Assembly (NCBI GenBank): GCA_045617105.1
Contig: JAZLHW010000048.1
Coordinates: forward strand, 1,574 to 65,573
DNA: 64,000 nucleotides
Source: Selenomonadaceae bacterium
Lineage (GTDB): Bacteria > Bacillota > Negativicutes > Selenomonadales > Selenomonadaceae
Direction of reading: 5' to 3'
Positions 57,720 to 64,000 of the stretch are shown piece by piece; the first letter of the stretch is position 1; every line of letters starts with the position of its first letter. A program made the position numbers and the translations under genes. Under the pieces are notes generated by a model, which did not search any database, was not told the origin of the DNA, and saw only the letters and a program-made list of their open reading frames with translations.

Positions 57720-58220
57720 TTACGTTCCCTTGCTGTTCTTCTCCCGTATTTCCTTCATCATGTCTTTGGAGATCACTTGAAAAGATGCTTCCGCAATCTC
57801 ATACAACCGCTCGTTTTTCTCCTGCAGATAGAGATATCCCAAAACCGCCTCAAAGCCCGTGCTGGCATGATATTCTGCTACGCTTGCACTTCTGGGCGCA
57901 TGGCTCTTGGCATTCCGTCCCCGCCGGTAAACAGAGAGTTCCTCCTCCGTCATCATGCCTTCCAGCTCATGCCATGCCCTCGCCTGCCAAACAGCAGAAA
58001 CGATCTGCGCACTGAACTGATGAAGTGCCTGCACCTTTGACTGCTCGTAGGAAAGCAGCCTTCCCCGCACAAAAAGATGAAAATAAGCATCTCCGACATA
58101 GGCCAGCACCAAAGGATTCAGCTGCTTGACCTCCACGCCTTCATAACGCTGCAAAATACCGCCCGTACCGTCCGGCTGAAACATCATTTCTACAAGCTTC
58201 TTGAAATGGTCGAACTTCAT
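57720..58220 (-). CDS. mrnC: Mini-ribonuclease 3
   Basis: Trimmed to the ATG at 58220, which overlaps the cysS stop as ATGA. LNPLVLAYVGDAYFHLFVR RNase III-like signature. Conserved position after cysS. Confidence 0.85.
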   Translation of the reverse strand: MKFDHFKKLVEMMFQPDGTGGILQRYEGVEVKQLNPLVLAYVGDAYFHLFVRGRLLSYEQSKVQALHQFSAQIVSAVWQARAWHELEGMMTEEELSVYRRGRNAKSHAPRSASVAEYHASTGFEAVLGYLYLQEKNERLYEIAEASFQVISKDMMKEIREKNSKGT

Positions 58221-59647
58221 GCCTTTTTCCACCGTGCGCCGTTCTTGGAATCCTCGATAACGATGCCAAGAGCCTTGAGACCGTCACGAATCTTGTCCGC
58301 CGTCTTCCAATTCTTTTCCTGACGTGCCTCTTGGCGAATCTCAAGAATCAGATCCATCAGCTTGTCTGCAAGACCGTCCTCATCTGCTTTCTCGCCTGCC
58401 TCCAAAATTCCAATCACAGAAGCCATTTTCCCATAAACCTCAACAGCCTTTCCAAAATGAACGGCATCGAAGTCCGCCTTTCCTCCCGTGACCTCTTGAT
58501 AATAAATATTGATTTCCTTAGAAAGTGCAAACATTTGGCTGATAGCAAGCGCCGTATTGAAATCATCATCCATTGCTGCATAGAAATCAGAAAGAAGCTT
58601 CTCTGCCTTTTCTGCTAAGTTCACAGCCGTATCAGACGAACCCTCCAGCTTAGAAAGCTCCTCGATGTACAGCTTCGTGTTTTGCAGACGTGCAAGGCTT
58701 GCCTGTGCCTCCGTCAAGCGTTCCTCGTTGAAATCCAGCGGGCTTCTGTAATGCGTCTGCAGGATAAAGAATCTCACGACCTCGCCTGGGAACTCTTTCA
58801 AAATATCATGCACGGTGAAGAAGTTGTTCCTCGACTTGCTCATCTTCTCATTCTTGATCGTAATGAACCCATTGTGAAGCCAATACTGGGCAAAGCTTTT
58901 CATATCACCGATACATGCCTGCGACTGAGCGATCTCATTTTCATGATGCGGGAAGATCAAGTCGCTTCCGCCGCCATGAAAATCAAACTTCTCCCCAAGA
59001 TATTTGAGGGACATAGCAGAGCACTCAATATGCCAACCGGGGCGTCCCTTGCCCCACGGGCTGTCCCATGACGGCTCGTCTGGTTTTGCTGCCTTCCAAA
59101 GCGCAAAATCCATAGGATGATGTTTTCGGCTGTCCACCTCAATACGCGCTCCTGCCTGCATATCCTCCAGCTTGCGTCCGCTCAGCTTGCCGTATTCTGC
59201 AAACTTTTCCACACGATAAAAAACGTCTCCGTTTTCCAACGGATAAGCATATCCCTTTTCCACCAGCTTCTCGATCATGGCAAGGATCTCTGGTATCGTT
59301 TCTGATACACGGGGATAAATGTCTGCATGACGTACATTCAAGGCATCCATGGAAGCAAAGTAGGACTTGATGTAACGAGCTGAAATATCGCTCCATGCCA
59401 CACCTTCCTGATTTGCTGCATGAATGATCTTGTCATCTACATCTGTAAAATTCTGTATATACCGAACCTCATAGCCCTTGCATGCAAAATAACGGCGGAT
59501 AACGTCCCAAATAACAAAGGGACGTGCATTTCCAATATGCGGGTGATTATACGGCGTAACACCACAGCAATAAATGCCAACTTTCCCCGCCTCCAATGGC
59601 TTGAATTCTTCCTTTTCCTTCGTAAGCGTATTATAAACCTTTAGCAT
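58217..59647 (-). CDS. cysS: Cysteine--tRNA ligase
   Basis: Trimmed to the ATG at 59647, with GGAGGA upstream. HIGNARP (HIGH) and KMSKSRNN (KMSKS) motifs, and [15 protein letters not shown] at the N-terminus. Confidence 0.95.
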   Translation of the reverse strand: MLKVYNTLTKEKEEFKPLEAGKVGIYCCGVTPYNHPHIGNARPFVIWDVIRRYFACKGYEVRYIQNFTDVDDKIIHAANQEGVAWSDISARYIKSYFASMDALNVRHADIYPRVSETIPEILAMIEKLVEKGYAYPLENGDVFYRVEKFAEYGKLSGRKLEDMQAGARIEVDSRKHHPMDFALWKAAKPDEPSWDSPWGKGRPGWHIECSAMSLKYLGEKFDFHGGGSDLIFPHHENEIAQSQACIGDMKSFAQYWLHNGFITIKNEKMSKSRNNFFTVHDILKEFPGEVVRFFILQTHYRSPLDFNEERLTEAQASLARLQNTKLYIEELSKLEGSSDTAVNLAEKAEKLLSDFYAAMDDDFNTALAISQMFALSKEINIYYQEVTGGKADFDAVHFGKAVEVYGKMASVIGILEAGEKADEDGLADKLMDLILEIRQEARQEKNWKTADKIRDGLKALGIVIEDSKNGARWKKA

Positions 59648-60377
59648 CTTTATCCTCCAATCTTTGCTCCAATTCAGCAATTCTTCGCTGAAGAGCTTCT
59701 ATCTCATCCTGCATAGACTGCCGCATCTCTTCCTCAGGATCCGGCAAGGCGCAATGATCCAGATCCACATCCTGCTCCTCGGCAAGCTCCTGCACCTCAA
59801 GTTCCTCCTCAGATACCTTCGCTTTCCTCATCTCGTCCAGCGTCCTGACACGCTGTCCATTCATAACAACTACGCGCCCCGGTATTCCCACTACTGTTGC
59901 ATACGGCGGGACTTCCTTCAGCACGACCGAGCCAGCACCGATTTTTGCATGATCTCCTACTTTAAAAGAGCCCAGCACCTTAGCGCCTGAAGCTACGACC
60001 ACGTTGTTTCCAAGCGTAGGATGCCGTTTCCCTTTTTCCTTTCCCGTACCGCCAAGCGTTACGCCTTGATAAAGAGTCACATTCTTTCCAATCTCTGTTG
60101 TCTCACCGATCACAATGCCTGTTCCATGATCAATAAAAAGCCCTTCGCCGATCGTCGCTCCCGGATGGATCTCGATTCCCGTCAGAAATCGGCACATATT
60201 CGATATCATGCGGGGAAAAAGCACCCACCCCCGCAGATAAAGGGCATGAGAGACCCGATGCATCCATATCGCATGTAATCCGGAATAACAAAAAAGAACC
60301 TCCCAAACAGACTTTGCTGCAGGATCTCTTTCAAATACTACACGAATATCCTTGCGAAGCCTTGAAAACAGCTTCAT
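59631..60377 (-). CDS. cysE: Serine O-acetyltransferase with acidic C-terminal coiled-coil tail
   Basis: 248 aa. Hexapeptide-repeat core [28 protein letters not shown]...[14 protein letters not shown]. The last ~60 aa are E/D/Q-rich. The 3' end overlaps the cysS start by 17 nt. Confidence 0.9.
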   Translation of the reverse strand: MKLFSRLRKDIRVVFERDPAAKSVWEVLFCYSGLHAIWMHRVSHALYLRGWVLFPRMISNMCRFLTGIEIHPGATIGEGLFIDHGTGIVIGETTEIGKNVTLYQGVTLGGTGKEKGKRHPTLGNNVVVASGAKVLGSFKVGDHAKIGAGSVVLKEVPPYATVVGIPGRVVVMNGQRVRTLDEMRKAKVSEEELEVQELAEEQDVDLDHCALPDPEEEMRQSMQDEIEALQRRIAELEQRLEDKDAKGL

Positions 60378-60395
60378 TCAAGCTCCCCCTTGTTC

Positions 60396-60875
60396 TTATG
60401 CCCTTTTTTCAATGCCTGCCACCGCATAGGAGGAGATTCCTTGCTCCGAACCAGTAAAACCAAGCTTTTCCTCCGTAGTTGCCTTGACATTGACCTGATC
60501 GATATCAACTTTCAGGACATTTGCAATATTTTTCCGCATTTGAGTAATATGCGGTGCCATTTTGGGCTTTTGTGCCACTATAGTTGCATCTACATTCCCT
60601 ACGGCATAGCCTTTTTCTTCCAAAAGTTTCTGCACCTGCGAAAGCAGCACCAAGCTGTCTGCTCCCTCATATTTGGAATCCGTATCCGGAAAATGCTTCC
60701 CTATATCACCAAGTGCAGCCGCTCCCAGCAAGGCATCTGCAATCGCATGAAGAAGCACATCTGCATCAGAGTGTCCCAGCAAACCTAATGTATGCGGAAT
60801 CTCCACCCCGCCAAGAATCAATTTTCTTCCTTCGACCAAGCGATGCACATCATAACCCATGCCAAAACGTGTCAT
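60396..60875 (-). CDS. ispF: 2-C-methyl-D-erythritol 2,4-cyclodiphosphate synthase
   Basis: 159 aa. GMGYDVHRL and [12 protein letters not shown] motifs. Confidence 0.95.
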   Translation of the reverse strand: MTRFGMGYDVHRLVEGRKLILGGVEIPHTLGLLGHSDADVLLHAIADALLGAAALGDIGKHFPDTDSKYEGADSLVLLSQVQKLLEEKGYAVGNVDATIVAQKPKMAPHITQMRKNIANVLKVDIDQVNVKATTEEKLGFTGSEQGISSYAVAGIEKRA

Positions 60876-60899
60876 GCCGTCACCTCCCTATTTATTCTC

Positions 60900-61577
60900 C
60901 TATTCCCTCAAGAACGCTTCTGCTATCAGCAGATCCTCCGGCGTAGTTACCTTGATATTTCGATAACTGGAAGTTACTACCTGCACAGGCCGTCCCATTC
61001 GTTCCACCAAGCTTGCGTCATCTGTCCCCAAAAAGCCATCTTTCTCAGCTCTCTGGTATGCTTCTAAAAGTATTTCCTTTTGGAAGCCCTGCGGTGTCTG
61101 AACAGCCCATAGCACAGCACGATTTGGAGTTTCCCTGACGAAACCAGCCTCATCGACCACCTTGATCGTATTCTTTTCCGGCACTGCGGCAATAGCACTG
61201 CCCTCTGCACGTGCGGCTGCAATCACATTCTCAATAACCGACAAAGATACCAACGGTCTCGCTGCATCATGAACCAGCACGATCTCCGTTTCCTCCGGCA
61301 TAGCAGCAAGCCCATTTGCAATCGAATACTGGCGTTCTGAGCCTCCGGCTATGACTGCATAAGGCTTCAGTCCACTTACCTTGGAAAGCAGCTGCTCTAT
61401 CTGAGCGATCTCGTCCTTGGCAACGATCACTACGAGGAAATCCACCTGCTGAGAAGCAGAGAAACGCTCCAACGTATGCACGAGGATCGGCTTTCCCAAA
61501 AGCTCCAAAAACACCTTGTTTTTTCCCGCCTTCATACGCCTGCCCTGGCCTGCCGCTGGAAATACTGCCGTTACCAT
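60900..61577 (-). CDS. ispD: 2-C-methyl-D-erythritol 4-phosphate cytidylyltransferase
   Basis: Trimmed to the ATG at 61577, with GGGAGG 9 nt upstream. VFPAAGQGRRM and VLVHDAARP motifs. Confidence 0.93.
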   Translation of the reverse strand: MVTAVFPAAGQGRRMKAGKNKVFLELLGKPILVHTLERFSASQQVDFLVVIVAKDEIAQIEQLLSKVSGLKPYAVIAGGSERQYSIANGLAAMPEETEIVLVHDAARPLVSLSVIENVIAAARAEGSAIAAVPEKNTIKVVDEAGFVRETPNRAVLWAVQTPQGFQKEILLEAYQRAEKDGFLGTDDASLVERMGRPVQVVTSSYRNIKVTTPEDLLIAEAFLRE

Positions 61578-61830
61578 GAACTCTACCTCCCAAAAACAAT
61601 TCATCAATGGAATCTATTCTACTACATTTCAGCACAAAAAGAAACGGCAGCCAAAGAATACTGCCGTTTCTTTTCATAACACATCAAAAGTCTGTCAGCT
61701 TCTGCCCAATGATCCAAAGCCCACTCTCCCTACAGCAGCCCTGCCTGCTTGCCGAGTGCTGTCACATCTTCCACAGACATCTGCGTGATTCTCGCAACCA
61801 TGCTTGGCTGCAGCTTTTCCTTTAACATAT

Positions 61831-61983
61831 TAATAACGAAGCTAAAGATGTCCCCTTCTTCAACAGCTTGCTGTAAGTGGGGGAAGCCCAATTTTAACAA
61901 GCGGTGAGCATATCTCCCGCTTCGTTGAAACGCAAATTGGAGGGAAAATGCTTATGGCATTTTCTTGAACAATGGCGTTATAA
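61831..61983 (+). repeat. ~152-nt intergenic repeat element, copy 3
   Basis: Aligns end to end with copy 1, with only a few substitutions or 1-nt indels (for example GCTAAAGATG versus GCTAAGATG, and TTATGG versus TTACGG in the hairpin loop). Confidence 0.85.
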
Positions 61984-62134
61984 TATTGCTCTCCATTGCC
62001 TGTTTTATACCCTCTGTACGTCCTTCCGCACGTTCCTGTTTTCCGAATTCTTCAAATACCCTGCACATGGTTGCCTCTCCTTTCTCCGTTTCCTTGAGTT
62101 GACGTACTCTTTGGGCAAGCACGTCATAGTTCAT
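61952..62134 (-). CDS. Small hypothetical ORF (60 aa), possibly a gene remnant; its 3' end lies inside repeat copy 3
   Basis: MNYDVLAQRVRQLKETEKGEATMCRVFEEFGKQERAEGRTEGIKQ... The KE(T/S)ExGxxxMC...EGRxEG pattern reminds me of C-terminal regions of Rpn/PD-(D/E)XK putative transposases. This is recollection, not a search result. No convincing RBS was checked. Confidence 0.3.
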   Translation of the reverse strand: MNYDVLAQRVRQLKETEKGEATMCRVFEEFGKQERAEGRTEGIKQAMESNIITPLFKKMP

Positions 62135-62156
62135 CTCATCAGCTTTTGTGCATGAC

Positions 62157-62828
62157 CTATATTTTTTTCAAATAAATGCTTGTCAGATGGTCGATGTCCT
62201 TTTGCCTGTCTAACTCAAACAGAGGTATCTCACGAATGGATTCATCGGGAAGTGCCAGGTGATGCACATACGTCACCTCATAATCGTCCGGAAAATGCTC
62301 CATCAGCAAAAGCTTTGCATCCGAGGCAATTTGCGGACTATAGACCTGCGTCACTACCATAGGCAAGCCTGCCGGAAGGACGATATCCGCAAGTGTTTCT
62401 GCATCGAGAACAGCAATGCCTTCTACAGGGTCAATGCCAAGCCTTGCATAAAGTACCTCAAGAAAGCTCATTCCCGGAACGATCTCCAAAGAAACATTTT
62501 CCTCCTCTGCCATTTGGCGAAGAAGAACTACGGTACGCTCTGCCACCAAAGGACTGCCCGGAACAACATACACGATATCTTCTCCAGCCTTTGCCTTAGA
62601 TATCAAGTCCCTTGCGATTGCCGAATAAAGCTCTTCAAAGGAATCTGCTTTCTGGTAAAAGCTGTCGTAGGAAGTAAACTGCAATCCCCGCTCTTTCAAA
62701 GCTTCCACTGTCGGATGGATCTCCGTGCGAAGGATCAGCGTTCCTGCCTGCTCCATCAGCTCCATGCTTTCCATGGTGATCAATCCTGCCCGTCCAGGTC
62801 CCAGTCCCGTCACTTTAATGCCTGCCAT
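62157..62828 (-). CDS. SAM-dependent tetrapyrrole-methylase-fold protein equivalent to the N-terminal half of B. subtilis YabN (MazG half absent)
   Basis: 223 aa. IKVTGLGPG..., DIVYVVPGSPLVAERTV, PDDYEVTYVHH...IPLFELDR...LTSIYL. It ends where YabN continues into its MazG domain. It lies directly downstream of mfd, as yabN does in Bacillus (there separated from mfd by spoVT and yabM). Confidence 0.75.
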   Translation of the reverse strand: MAGIKVTGLGPGRAGLITMESMELMEQAGTLILRTEIHPTVEALKERGLQFTSYDSFYQKADSFEELYSAIARDLISKAKAGEDIVYVVPGSPLVAERTVVLLRQMAEEENVSLEIVPGMSFLEVLYARLGIDPVEGIAVLDAETLADIVLPAGLPMVVTQVYSPQIASDAKLLLMEHFPDDYEVTYVHHLALPDESIREIPLFELDRQKDIDHLTSIYLKKI

Positions 62829-62831
62829 CTC

Positions 62832-64000
62832 TCATTTCTCCTTTTTCACTTTTCTTGGCTGAAATGCTTCCTCATCACCGGACAGCATCATTAGAATTCT
62901 TGTAACAAATCCCAAAATATTCTTTTTATGCTGGGGGAACAGACGGAACCGCAAAATTCCCTGTGTTGGAATCATTTTCAAATTGATACCGAAAAGATCC
63001 TGAAGCCTGACCATCCCTTTCACAGAGAATTTGGGAGTCTCCTGCAAAACGACATCCAAGGTTCCTGTCTTTTCTTCGATGGTCTTTACGCCAATATCCC
63101 TTCCATAGTTTTTGAGTCTTGCCACGGAAAGCAGGTTCATCACATGCTGGCTCGGCTCACCAAAGCGGTCTATCAGCTCATCAATCAGCTGCCGTATCTC
63201 CTCATTGCTCCGAATGGCAGCGATCCGCTGGTAAAGCTCCAGCTTATGCATCGCATCATCAATATAGCCCCCATCAATATATGCCTCCACCTGCAAGTCG
63301 ATCCGAGGCTCTGGCACTGGCGGTTTTTTATCTTTTTTCTCTTGCAGGGCTTCCACAGCCTCCTCCAGCAGCTTGCAATACATCTCAAAACCAACGCTGG
63401 CAATATGCCCGTGCTGCTGAGATCCCAAAAGATTTCCTGCACCGCGGATTTCAAGGTCACGCATAGCGATCTTGAAGCCTGCCCCCAGTTGGGCAAATTC
63501 CTTCATCGCTTGCAATCTTTTTTCTGCCGTTTCACTCAGGATCTTGTCCTCCCGATAAACAAACCACGCAAATGCCAAGCGGGAGGATCTGCCAACACGC
63601 CCGCGCATTTGATACAGCTGGGAAAGTCCAAAGTTATCCGCATCATAGACGATGATCGTGTTGGCATTCGGCACGTCAAGACCATTCTCCACAATACTGG
63701 TAGCAAGCAAGAGGTCGTACTCTCCTTCATAGAAATCCAGCATAACTCGTTCCAAAAGCTCCTCCGGCATCTGCCCATGCGCCGTCATAATACGGGCTTC
63801 CGGCACAAGCTGCTCCAAATGCTCCCGCATCCTGTCAATGGTTTCCACCCGATTGTAAACAAAATAAACCTGCCCGCCCCGCTTCAATTCACGTTTGATG
63901 GCATTTGCCATGATAGCATCATTATACTCGATCACATAGGTCTGGACAGGGAAACGCTCTGCCGGAGGTGTCTCGATAATGCTCATGTCCCGTGCACCAA
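62832..64000 (-). CDS. mfd: Transcription-repair coupling factor Mfd, C-terminal part (gene continues beyond window end)
   Basis: Superfamily-2 helicase motifs (TAHGQMPE..., LLATSIVENGLDVPNANTIIV, QLYQMRGRVGRS), a TRG-like region, and the C-terminal D7 domain. The frame is open to the window edge, so the Met at 63986 is internal. Confidence 0.93.
   Translation of the reverse strand, partial: GARDMSIIETPPAERFPVQTYVIEYNDAIMANAIKRELKRGGQVYFVYNRVETIDRMREHLEQLVPEARIMTAHGQMPEELLERVMLDFYEGEYDLLLATSIVENGLDVPNANTIIVYDADNFGLSQLYQMRGRVGRSSRLAFAWFVYREDKILSETAEKRLQAMKEFAQLGAGFKIAMRDLEIRGAGNLLGSQQHGHIASVGFEMYCKLLEEAVEALQEKKDKKPPVPEPRIDLQVEAYIDGGYIDDAMHKLELYQRIAAIRSNEEIRQLIDELIDRFGEPSQHVMNLLSVARLKNYGRDIGVKTIEEKTGTLDVVLQETPKFSVKGMVRLQDLFGINLKMIPTQGILRFRLFPQHKKNILGFVTRILMMLSGDEEAFQPRKVKKEK

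Noticed and set aside
55965-58040. Overlapping plus-strand ORFs (263, 200 and 374 aa) opposite rlmB, thyX and mrnC
   Set aside because: They are shadow ORFs opposite conserved genes with clear catalytic motifs.

Overview
This window is the chromosomal replication-origin region of a Firmicute that also carries outer-membrane machinery. I infer a diderm Negativicutes or Selenomonad-like organism; no taxon can be proven from the sequence alone.

Core: the classic Firmicute oriC neighbourhood is intact. gyrB, a DUF721 gene, recF, yaaA, dnaN and dnaA run leftward on the minus strand (22.2-29.5 kb). DnaA-box clusters flank dnaA. rpmH, rnpA, yidD, yidC, jag, mnmE, mnmG and rsmG run rightward on the plus strand (29.9-36.3 kb).

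Left of the core:
- A Tad/Flp pilus locus with a secretin (1-7.8 kb).
- A visibly AT-richer envelope-modification island (8.0-20.1 kb). It holds four tandem paralogues of a GT-C-like polytopic membrane protein, an EptA-like transferase, an acyltransferase-3, a fifth large membrane protein and an FAD oxidoreductase.
- htpX, and a yybP-ykoY (Mn2+) riboswitch in front of a TerC-family gene.

Right of rsmG:
- The expected noc-parA-parB genes are absent.
- About 27 kb of almost exclusively minus-strand genes follows, head-on relative to oriC. These are an orphan PTS EIIB, csoR, T-box-controlled ileS, a chemoreceptor, lgt (the only plus-strand gene), proC, a BvgS-like hybrid kinase, a cobalamin-riboswitch-controlled TonB-dependent uptake operon with its own exbB-exbD-tonB, and the conserved block sigH, rlmB, thyX, mrnC, cysS, cysE, ispF, ispD, a yabN-like methylase domain and mfd.

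Repeats: a ~152-nt intergenic repeat occurs three times at about 97% identity by eye, in mixed orientation, plus one degenerate copy. The three near-identical copies sit at breaks in the expected (B. subtilis) gene order.

Not found: intact transposase or integrase, CRISPR array, tRNA or rRNA.

Limits: all calls come from reading motifs by eye. RNA-element boundaries are approximate, and family assignments for the novel membrane proteins are inference.
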